Part shown: positions 8,815 to 16,972 of the stretch, in pieces
How positions within the stretch are numbered: the first letter of the stretch is position 1
How the letters are laid out: each line of letters opens with the position of its first letter
Virus record (IMG/VR): IMGVR_UViG_3300008108_000023
Span: 64,001 to 128,000 of that record
Strand: one strand, 5' to 3'
Origin: a virus
Lineage: Duplodnaviria; Heunggongvirae; Uroviricota; Caudoviricetes
Length of the DNA stretch: 64,000 nt
Translations under genes and position numbers: made by a program
The notes under the pieces: model-generated
Seen by the model: the letters and a program-made list of their open reading frames with translations, nothing else
Told to the model about the DNA's origin: nothing
Database searches by the model: none

Positions 8815-9753
8815 TTAATCTAATTTAAATTCTTTGTATTCGGTTAAGTTTCCTTGTAAATCTGCAATGTCTTTGTCTTTAGGTAGTTTCACGATGTTTA
8901 TCTTACCCAATAGTTTACCACAATTTAATTTGTGATATAATTTTTCTGCGTCGTCCCACGCATCACCATCTAACAATATTGTCACTTCACATCTAAGGTC
9001 ATATATTTTATTAAAGAGTAAATCACTTATGTACTTACCTAACATTGGGACGGCATTATCTAAAAAAATAGAGTCAAACGCACCCTCGACTAAATAAATT
9101 TTTTTTGACCAATCTATCAAACTTTCATTAAAAATAATTGTCTCTTTTTGTACGTCAGGATTTTTATATTTTAATTTAGTTTTTGACAAAAATGAACGTG
9201 CAACAAAGTAATTGATTTGTCTCCATTCATTATAAGATGGAATTATTATTCTATTCTCATATGGTCCTGAGAATGCAAACCCTATATTGTGTTTTCTTAT
9301 TATTTTGTCAGTAACGTTTCTCTTTTTTAGATACGCCATGGCTTGTCTATAGTGGTGAGTCAATTTAACACCGTCACTTGGATTGTTAAGTGCAATAAAT
9401 TCTTTGGGTAATTCAACTTGTTTGAATTGTTTTACCACAAGTTCTACCTCATCAGGTTTTAATAACTCATATCTTTTTAGATGTTTTTCGTTTCCATATT
9501 TTTTTATGAGTTTGTAAACCGAGCCATGGGTATTGTATAATTCAGAACATGACCAACACTTATAAACCAACATTTTGTAATTGATTTCCAAGTTACCTTT
9601 ACCATCACCGTGGTCTAATCCTTTGATTTCGTGGGAACATACTGGACAATCAAACGCCAACTGTCCTTTGTATTCGTTGTGCATTCTACAGTCACCAAGA
9701 ATATCTTCAAGGATGTCAATAACAGGTTTGTATTCAATGGCAACTGATGGCAT
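8815..9753 (-). CDS. dnaG: DNA primase (zinc finger + TOPRIM)
   Basis: CPVC...CWSC zinc finger, YLKKRNVT, RIIIP, KYKNP, TOPRIM VEGAFD and LDGDA. Start moved to the ATG at 9753 (MPSVAIEY) because the track's 14-aa extension covers intergenic sequence. Confidence 0.9.
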   Translation of the reverse strand: MPSVAIEYKPVIDILEDILGDCRMHNEYKGQLAFDCPVCSHEIKGLDHGDGKGNLEINYKMLVYKCWSCSELYNTHGSVYKLIKKYGNEKHLKRYELLKPDEVELVVKQFKQVELPKEFIALNNPSDGVKLTHHYRQAMAYLKKRNVTDKIIRKHNIGFAFSGPYENRIIIPSYNEWRQINYFVARSFLSKTKLKYKNPDVQKETIIFNESLIDWSKKIYLVEGAFDSIFLDNAVPMLGKYISDLLFNKIYDLRCEVTILLDGDAWDDAEKLYHKLNCGKLLGKINIVKLPKDKDIADLQGNLTEYKEFKLD

Positions 9754-9795
9754 AGATAAAATATACAAAATAAAAATTGTAAAACCAAACCGCAT

Positions 9796-9834
9796 AAAAA
9801 AAGGTGGGGGTTATACACCAAAACCTCCCACCTT
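9796..9834 (-). terminator. Rho-independent terminator after the RuvC-like gene
   Basis: Minus strand AAGGTGGGAGGTT-ttggtgtat-AACCCCCACCTT (one bulge) followed by a T run. Confidence 0.75.
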
Positions 9835-9924
9835 ATGTCAAAATACTAATGCTATCTTGACATTATTAGTTATTGAATCAAATTCTTTTCAAAGTATACA
9901 CAATCATTTTCATAAAAACAAATT

Positions 9925-10533
9925 TTAATTGGAAATACCTAATTTTTGCATGTTCACAAATCCAATCACCGCTGTTGCCGCATCACTCATATCGTAGTTT
10001 TCTTTTTTCAATTGACCGTTTTTACCATACAACCACTCTACCTCAGGACAAACGGTATTTACGTTTTCCCATATAATGTGTTTCTTGTCTATATCTTTAG
10101 GTAAACCACCAAATAAAACATTCTTACCCTTATCGTTTTTACCAACTAAGCTTGGAAATGCATATTTTCTTGCATTGTAGGTGGTAATGAAAGTAGGTAC
10201 AATACCTAAAATCTCATAACACGATTTGAGAATCATTGTGTTGTATCTCAATAATGTTCCAACAGTGTAAATGTTATTTGAATTTAATAGTGGTTCCTCA
10301 ATAACAACTCGTGTTATCCCCACATCTTTATAATCTTCTAAATGTTTTTTAAACGCCTGTGCCTTCTTTAGAAGTTCCTCAATCTTATCTTCAGGTTGAG
10401 GTTTTATTTTAGGAGAAAAGTGTGTCAATTCTAAAAGTCGCGAAGAATTAACATCAAATAGCGCCCATCCGATGGTCTTGGTTGAAATGTCTAATCCCAA
10501 AATTTTGGGTGCATTCTTAAATTTTATACTCAT
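9925..10533 (-). CDS. ruvC: RuvC-like Holliday junction resolvase (RNase H fold)
   Basis: ILGLDISTKTIGWA, VVIEEP and DMSDA catalytic acidic motifs. Confidence 0.85.
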   Translation of the reverse strand: MSIKFKNAPKILGLDISTKTIGWALFDVNSSRLLELTHFSPKIKPQPEDKIEELLKKAQAFKKHLEDYKDVGITRVVIEEPLLNSNNIYTVGTLLRYNTMILKSCYEILGIVPTFITTYNARKYAFPSLVGKNDKGKNVLFGGLPKDIDKKHIIWENVNTVCPEVEWLYGKNGQLKKENYDMSDAATAVIGFVNMQKLGISN

Positions 10534-10539
10534 ATAAAA

Positions 10540-10568
10540 ATTATATGAGATATCATTTAAATTGTAAA
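10540..10568 (-). promoter_or_regulatory. Sigma-70-type promoter TTTACA-N17-TATAAT
   Basis: Minus strand TTTACA (10563-10568), 17-nt spacer, TATAAT (10540-10545). Only 6 nt separate it from the ATG at 10533. Confidence 0.65.
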
Positions 10569-10571
10569 GAG

Positions 10572-12722
10572 TTAGAAATCTATTTTTATTGCGAATACTT
10601 GTGTTCCGCTTCTTTTTACAGGATTGGCGGTCTTACCTATTGCCAACACTTCTTTATTTTCGTTCAATAAAGCAACTTCTGTAATTCTCTTATCTTGACC
10701 TGTAGTATACGTTGGATTTTGTGTAACATTAAATTGACTAGCCGGTAAGTTCACCAAGAAATTCATTTTCTCAATATCCGTTGCTCTTACCAATTTAATA
10801 CTACCAGGAAAAGGTTGTTCATCACCAAACTGTGGTGCTGTTGATGGTTGATTTGGTATCTCACCAATATAAGATTCTAAATCAAATATTGTAGTATCAT
10901 TATCGTACATGTCAAAAGTAACTTGAAATGAATAATCAACTAAGTTCGCAGGGTTAATTGTGTTACCAACAGTATGATTTGGTATATATTGAGTCATATC
11001 CAATAATTTCCAAAGATTTGGTTCAGGTAAATCACCATAATTGGTAACTTGAATTAATAATTGGAACTGATTAGCTATAAACCCATTTTTAAAATTACAA
11101 GTACTACCTGTTACCATATCTGTGAAATAACCATTTGCGAACTTGACATATAACTGACAGGGAGTTGTATAATAGGTACTACCTGTTGTTGTTTCGAATT
11201 TAGTATAGTAGTTACAAGGTAATCCATTCATTTGGGTATCACCCGTGTAGTTTAACATGTATGTTAACCATATAGTCTGTTCAGTTGAACCAGAATAAAA
11301 AGATTGTGCGGCTGGTAAATCACTTGGTAATAAGTTTATTTTTGGTGAAGGTAGTGTGTACTTTCTGTTAGATTTATAATCCATAACAGCAACCAACTCT
11401 TGGTCGTCAATGACAACTACTTTATTGTTTACGAAAATTTTACCAACTCTATTTCCAATCTCATCTAATAGATATCTGTACTTGATTTTTTGGTATGCGT
11501 TTTTCTTCGAACTAACAAAGTAATCTGTTGTGTCCATAGTAAGTAAAGCACCTATTGTTGTACCAGTATTTCTATGGTATTGAATAAATGGGATATATAC
11601 TTCAAAATATTCTAAATCTGTTATCGTGTTACCAATTGAGTCTTCTAACAATGCTTGAGATTCCGTATTATTTGTGCTTATATAATCGTCGTACTTATAG
11701 AATCTTTCAGGGTCATTTTTTAAATCTCCGAGTTCTGAATAATGGATTACAGCAATACATCTTTGTTCCTCAGGAGTAACTTCAATCACTTCATTATATG
11801 AATTTTTATAAGAAGTGGGGTTAGTTACCGTGGTACCTGAACTTGTTGTAAATGTTTGACCACTTGATGTTGTATAACCTAAAAATTGTTTAGTTGATAC
11901 GTGTTTGTTTGATGTAAAACCTGTTATGTTTTCGTCCACACCATTAACGTCAAAACCGATTGGTTTCATACCCCAAACGACATTCATGGTCCATGAATTT
12001 AATTGTTGTGTTGGGTCAATTTCCGCGGGTTTACAGTTTGGATTATATGTTACACTTACAGGATATTCATTTTCACAAGAATTACATACCACTTGAGCGG
12101 GACCTGTACATCCTGAAAAATTAGGTGTCGCTCTATCAAGATAAAGTGTATTTCCTGTTACACCTGTAATTTTATATGTTAAACTGTTTGTTTCACCAGT
12201 GATTACAGGATGATTTGGGTCATTACCACAAAATCCACCATAAACTATTGTAATATACTCACAGTCATTAAAACTAGCACCTGTTAATACGGTCACACTA
12301 TTATCACCTGTCATCGCGGATAATGATATTTGTTGAGTTTCACACTCAACACTCGTTCCTGTACAATTACTACTATCATAATCAATATACTCGGTTACAA
12401 AACCGGCAGGACCCATAACGTTTCTTAAAGTATCGGTGGTTGAAGATTGTACGGGAATACCATAAACCGTAGAACCCGTGTTACTACTATCTAATTTATA
12501 GGGATATTTTACACCCCCTTCTTTATCAAAGGGTGCAAAGACCATTTGAAATGGTTGTGAGTTTAATCCTGTAAAATTATCAAACGGTGATGTGTAATCA
12601 AATTCAGAATCCCCAATTTGAAAATATGCGATGTTAAAACTACCTTTTGCAATAGAATTTCTACCCTTTTGGGTGATTCTAACTGATAAAAATTCTGAAT
12701 TATTATTACTTAAAAAACTCAT
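10572..12722 (-). CDS. Putative virion tail/baseplate protein with tail-collar-fibre-like termini
   Basis: N-terminal RITQKGRNSIAKGSFNIAYFQIGDSEFDY and C-terminal ITEVALLNENKEVLAIGK resemble the two halves of the P2 gpH/DUF3751-type domain. Confidence 0.6.
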   Translation of the reverse strand: MSFLSNNNSEFLSVRITQKGRNSIAKGSFNIAYFQIGDSEFDYTSPFDNFTGLNSQPFQMVFAPFDKEGGVKYPYKLDSSNTGSTVYGIPVQSSTTDTLRNVMGPAGFVTEYIDYDSSNCTGTSVECETQQISLSAMTGDNSVTVLTGASFNDCEYITIVYGGFCGNDPNHPVITGETNSLTYKITGVTGNTLYLDRATPNFSGCTGPAQVVCNSCENEYPVSVTYNPNCKPAEIDPTQQLNSWTMNVVWGMKPIGFDVNGVDENITGFTSNKHVSTKQFLGYTTSSGQTFTTSSGTTVTNPTSYKNSYNEVIEVTPEEQRCIAVIHYSELGDLKNDPERFYKYDDYISTNNTESQALLEDSIGNTITDLEYFEVYIPFIQYHRNTGTTIGALLTMDTTDYFVSSKKNAYQKIKYRYLLDEIGNRVGKIFVNNKVVVIDDQELVAVMDYKSNRKYTLPSPKINLLPSDLPAAQSFYSGSTEQTIWLTYMLNYTGDTQMNGLPCNYYTKFETTTGSTYYTTPCQLYVKFANGYFTDMVTGSTCNFKNGFIANQFQLLIQVTNYGDLPEPNLWKLLDMTQYIPNHTVGNTINPANLVDYSFQVTFDMYDNDTTIFDLESYIGEIPNQPSTAPQFGDEQPFPGSIKLVRATDIEKMNFLVNLPASQFNVTQNPTYTTGQDKRITEVALLNENKEVLAIGKTANPVKRSGTQVFAIKIDF

Positions 12723-12731
12723 GGTTATAAT

Positions 12732-12738
12732 ATAAATA
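12732..12738 (-). promoter_or_regulatory. Recurrent TATTTAT motif
   Basis: AGTATTTATA, 9 nt before the ATG at 12722. Confidence 0.6.
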
Positions 12739-12759
12739 CTTTAGTTGAGATAATCAATT

Positions 12760-15681
12760 TTAATTACATGTTCCAGTGCTTGTAAAAGTACCGTCACCAT
12801 CATTCGTAACTTGAGGTGTTGGTGTTAAATAACCACAGTATGTCTCAGTTGTACCATTCCCAACAGTAATAAATTGAAGGGTACCGGTACAGTCAGTATA
12901 ACTAAATGTGGTATGACCTCCTGTTCCTGTCGTTCCTCCATCGAATTCCCATAGTATGTCACATGGAGTAGCCGAACTGGTTGGGGTGAGTGTTGGTGTT
13001 GGGGTATTTGTTGGTGTTACTGTATTGGTAGAAGTCACGGTCGGTGTTGGTGTTACAGTTTCAGTTGGTGTAACTGTATTAGTAGGTGTTACAGTATTCG
13101 TTGGGGTTACGGTCGGTGTTGGTGTTACAGTTTCAGTTGGTGTAACTGTATTAGTAGGTGTTATTGTTGGTGTTGATGTGGGCGAACCACCGGGTGATGT
13201 TGTAATTGTTGGAGTTACTGTATTAGTAGGTGTTACAGTATTCGTTGGGGTTACGGTCGGTGTTGGTGTTAAAGTATTGGTGGGTGTGGGTGTTACAAGT
13301 GGTATGATTGAATCGGAGCAAATACCCACCCTAGAACCTGAGGCACCACCATTACCTGATATGGTCATCGAGATAAATGGTGTTGAATTTGTTATTATGA
13401 ATTTTCCACCACCATTGACAAAAAGTGGTGCGGTTGAGCCACCAATAATTGTGTTACCTGTTATTGTTACATAACAACTTAACGGTGAAGATATTGTGGG
13501 GGTACCTGTATTTGTTGTAAATGTGAAATCTTCATCACTAGTACCACCCATACCGGTTATAAAAACAACTAAATCATTTACTGGTGAACTAAAATTGTAT
13601 CTATATGAGAAAGGTCCTGAATTTCCTAAAAAGTTATGATAGTCGGTCATTACAATAGTGTCACCAACACAGGATGACGTGTATCCAGATGTATTTTCGG
13701 TAACACTACCACTATATGTTGATGTTATAGAAACACCGTTCACTGTCGAGGGGACATAAACGCTATCGTTACAAGTATACCCTGTTGATGGTGTACTACT
13801 AACAGTTGGTGTTGGGGTAAGTGTTGGTGTATTCGTAGGAGTCGCACTCTGAGTCGGTGTTACTGTTGGGGTGGGTGATGATATCGGTGTCGACGAACTA
13901 TCACAACAATCATCCAAATTAACTCTAAAAACTTGTTCACAACAACCTTCACAATCAATTCTAACATATATCTCCATTAATGTTGGGTCTATACCTGTAA
14001 TATCACAAATATCTCCTGTGGACATACTTGTACATGAAGTTATACCTGTTATGTTAGTTGAAGTTAATCCGGTATAGACCGTACAATTTGTATAATTAGA
14101 ACCGGAATTAAATGAAATCTTAACGCCTTTTGGGGTGACCAAATCGTTTACACAACCTGAAGGTGTAACAGTAGGTGTAGGGGTTTTTGTTGGGGTGTTG
14201 GTGGGTGTTGGGGTTGGCGAACCACCAGGTGTTGATGTAACTGATGGTGTAACGCTAGGTGTTAGAGTCGGTGTTGATGTTACTGTAAGTGTAACTGTCG
14301 GTGTTAAAGACGGAGTTGTTGAAGGTGTTTCACTTGGTGTATTAGAGGGTGTTGCCGATGGTGAAGTAGTTGGTGTGGGCGAACCTCCTGGTGATGAAGT
14401 AACTGTAGGTGTAACTGTATTTGTAGGGGTTGATGTATTGGTTGGAGTTACTGATGGTGAGGTAGTTGGTGTGGGTGTAGGTGAATCGCCTGGTGATGAA
14501 GTAACTGTAGGTGTAACTGTATTTGTGGGAGTTGATGTATTGGTTGGTGTAGGTGAACCGCCAGGTGAAGTTGTGACTGTAGGTGTAACTGTATTTGTAG
14601 GAGTTACTGTTGGTGTGACAGATACAGTTGAAACCGGCGAACTTGTTGGTGTTACTGTTGGTGTTACTGTTGGTGTGACAGATACAGTTGAAGCTGGTGA
14701 ACTTGTTGGTTCAGGAGTGACTGTAGGTGTGACTGTCGGAGTACTAGTTAATGTAGGTGTTGGGACCGGTAGTGAGTCACAATTTTGGTAGTCCTCACAA
14801 CCACCATTAGGATTCACAACTATATTAGTTGGGTCACTGAATGTAATTGTTTGATTGTCAAAACATACACATTGATAAACCGTAGCAAAAGGTGCGATGG
14901 TTCCGGAAGTTTGAAGCAAACCATAACAATCAGTATATGAATATGTAATTGTATTTCCATCTTCACTTATGATTTGTTTACACACACAATCCGTACATAT
15001 TGATGGTGTTGGTGTTGGGGTGGGGGATAGTGTTGGTGTTACAGTGTTAGTTGGTGTGGGTGTAACTGTTTTAGTAAGTGTTGGAGTTGGGGTTGGGGTT
15101 TCTGTGGGTGTTTCTGAAGGTGTTGGGGTTGGGGTTTCTGTGGGTGTTTCTGTTGGAGTTGGGGTTTCTGTGGGTGTTTCTGTTGGAGTTGGTGTCGGGG
15201 TTGGTGAAGGACATGATGGACACTCACCAGCTGTACAACTTGGTTGTGAAACCCACGTCCCAGTGTCGTCAACTGTTGCGGTTGAAGGGCCCGACGCAAC
15301 CGCAATATAACAATCCGTATTGTCAGTGTATACACTACCTACTATATAATTTAATCCACTTTGTACTTCATAAATAGTGCCTCCTTGTTCACAACATTTT
15401 TCAAAAAAAGTGGTTTCTTGACATTGTGAACCACTATCATTTGCAGTACTATTCGATGCGGTTAATGGAGAATCGTTTTTAAAATAATATAAACTAGGTA
15501 ATCCATTTTGTATGTCGGTACAAATAGTATAACTACCATTTGAAAAACTTGTTGTTGTAAGTACACCATTACAGTTGTAATAAGCAACATACACCTTACC
15601 ATTATTAACAGGGTTAGTGTTACCGGTGGCATTACCGGTATCCAATGAACTTATTGTGACGTTATATAATTGACAAGCCAT
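12760..15681 (-). CDS. Thr/Pro/Ser-repeat protein with Cys-rich modules (putative virion fibre/decoration)
   Basis: 973 aa. Four T/P tracts alternate with Cys-rich globular segments (FFEKCC...CY...C...C, YSYTDCYG, FSYTDCTG). Confidence 0.8.
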   Translation of the reverse strand: MACQLYNVTISSLDTGNATGNTNPVNNGKVYVAYYNCNGVLTTTSFSNGSYTICTDIQNGLPSLYYFKNDSPLTASNSTANDSGSQCQETTFFEKCCEQGGTIYEVQSGLNYIVGSVYTDNTDCYIAVASGPSTATVDDTGTWVSQPSCTAGECPSCPSPTPTPTPTETPTETPTPTETPTETPTPTPSETPTETPTPTPTLTKTVTPTPTNTVTPTLSPTPTPTPSICTDCVCKQIISEDGNTITYSYTDCYGLLQTSGTIAPFATVYQCVCFDNQTITFSDPTNIVVNPNGGCEDYQNCDSLPVPTPTLTSTPTVTPTVTPEPTSSPASTVSVTPTVTPTVTPTSSPVSTVSVTPTVTPTNTVTPTVTTSPGGSPTPTNTSTPTNTVTPTVTSSPGDSPTPTPTTSPSVTPTNTSTPTNTVTPTVTSSPGGSPTPTTSPSATPSNTPSETPSTTPSLTPTVTLTVTSTPTLTPSVTPSVTSTPGGSPTPTPTNTPTKTPTPTVTPSGCVNDLVTPKGVKISFNSGSNYTNCTVYTGLTSTNITGITSCTSMSTGDICDITGIDPTLMEIYVRIDCEGCCEQVFRVNLDDCCDSSSTPISSPTPTVTPTQSATPTNTPTLTPTPTVSSTPSTGYTCNDSVYVPSTVNGVSITSTYSGSVTENTSGYTSSCVGDTIVMTDYHNFLGNSGPFSYRYNFSSPVNDLVVFITGMGGTSDEDFTFTTNTGTPTISSPLSCYVTITGNTIIGGSTAPLFVNGGGKFIITNSTPFISMTISGNGGASGSRVGICSDSIIPLVTPTPTNTLTPTPTVTPTNTVTPTNTVTPTITTSPGGSPTSTPTITPTNTVTPTETVTPTPTVTPTNTVTPTNTVTPTETVTPTPTVTSTNTVTPTNTPTPTLTPTSSATPCDILWEFDGGTTGTGGHTTFSYTDCTGTLQFITVGNGTTETYCGYLTPTPQVTNDGDGTFTSTGTCN

Positions 15682-15684
15682 TTA

Positions 15685-16035
15685 TTACGTTATTTGAACA
15701 ACATTAACATTAAATGCACATGGGTAGTAACAATCACTACATCTTAAATCAACTAATGCTAATTGATAACCACCTTGCAATTTTGGTACCGATGATGGTA
15801 CAGGGTTTATGTGTCCGTCACAGTGTTCCACAAATACAAAAATTTGTGGTATGTTATCCAATAAACTTATATTAAACGTATATCCCGTTGATATTGGAAT
15901 TAAAACTTCAACCCCATTGATATAATTTGCATCATCAATATTATGTGTTAACCCTGTGTAGATATAGTACCCGTTACAAGGTGTTTGTCCTGAAAAATTT
16001 GATATTGTTACTGAGTATGTTACTAATGACGGCAT
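15685..16035 (-). CDS. Small hypothetical structural protein
   Basis: 116 aa, beta-rich with four Cys. Preceded by the TATTTAT motif. Confidence 0.7.
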   Translation of the reverse strand: MPSLVTYSVTISNFSGQTPCNGYYIYTGLTHNIDDANYINGVEVLIPISTGYTFNISLLDNIPQIFVFVEHCDGHINPVPSSVPKLQGGYQLALVDLRCSDCYYPCAFNVNVVQIT

Positions 16036-16041
16036 TATTTC

Positions 16042-16048
16042 ATAAATA
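16042..16048 (-). promoter_or_regulatory. Recurrent TATTTAT motif
   Basis: TATATTTATG, 6 nt before the ATG at 16035. Confidence 0.6.
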
Positions 16049-16060
16049 TAAATTCAATGT

Positions 16061-16909
16061 TTAATTACAATAATCGGGATTTAAATCACAATCTATAAAT
16101 GCAATACCACAATAGTTAGGGTCTGTTATGGTTCCACTTAAACCGGTTTGTGCAACTAAGTATTCACCAGCACTTGGATTGAGTGTAATATTTCCACTAT
16201 CCTGTGATGAACCAATGAATATTTGCCATTGTGGTGATGTGTATACCGCAATTACCACCCCTGAACTATTAACCTTATAAAAAGTAATTGGGATATTTGA
16301 AGTGGCGGTTGTTACACTACCTAAATTATCTTTTAGTGTCCAAGTAACTTCATATTGTATATTTTCATCTATCGTTTCAATACTGTACCATAAACAATAT
16401 GATGAAGGGGTGTTTTGTGTTGGAGTAGGAGTTGGAGTCTTGGTAACTGTTGGGGTTGGTGATAAACCAGGAGTTTTTGTTGGAGTAGGGGTTGGTGTAA
16501 TTGAAGCGTTCGGTGTCTTAGATGGTGTAGCGGTAACTGTTGGTGTTTTTGTAACTGTAGGTGTTGGGGTTGGGGTTCTTGTAACTGTAGGTGTTGGAGT
16601 TGGACTTATTGGTGGGTCACACTGTACCTCAACACTAAAACATAGTGTATCATAACAAGGAAACGCTTTACTATCGTGAGTGTAAATATTTTTAATTATA
16701 TAACGACCTGTAGTGTCGTCTGTCATTTTAACCCAATATTGAGTATTAAAACTTAAGTTTGTAATTGTAACAGCTGTAAGAGTTAAACCTGTTGCGTAAA
16801 GTGTAAATGTTGAATTGTTCGTTTCAGGATACGGGCTATCACCGGACTTGTATCTAATTGAGTACGTACCATCATTGATTATATTGTATAAACGAACATT
16901 TAATCCCAT
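16061..16909 (-). CDS. Two-domain protein with a central T/P linker
   Basis: Beta-rich N-terminal domain (FN3-like [14 protein letters not shown]), ~70-aa PTPTPT linker, beta-rich C-terminal domain. Confidence 0.75.
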   Translation of the reverse strand: MGLNVRLYNIINDGTYSIRYKSGDSPYPETNNSTFTLYATGLTLTAVTITNLSFNTQYWVKMTDDTTGRYIIKNIYTHDSKAFPCYDTLCFSVEVQCDPPISPTPTPTVTRTPTPTPTVTKTPTVTATPSKTPNASITPTPTPTKTPGLSPTPTVTKTPTPTPTQNTPSSYCLWYSIETIDENIQYEVTWTLKDNLGSVTTATSNIPITFYKVNSSGVVIAVYTSPQWQIFIGSSQDSGNITLNPSAGEYLVAQTGLSGTITDPNYCGIAFIDCDLNPDYCN

Positions 16910-16935
16910 TTTTTAATTATTGATTTCTATATTTG

Positions 16936-16942
16936 ATAAATA
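16936..16942 (-). promoter_or_regulatory. Recurrent TATTTAT motif
   Basis: TATATTTATC, 26 nt before the ATG at 16909. Confidence 0.55.
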
Positions 16943-16972
16943 TAAAAAATCCTATTTTATAGTAAAGTTATT

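Noticed and set aside
9754-9795. ORF-track N-terminal extension of the primase (MRFGFTIFILYILS)
   Set aside because: It is low-complexity intergenic sequence right after a terminator. The ATG at 9753 gives a normal primase N-terminus.
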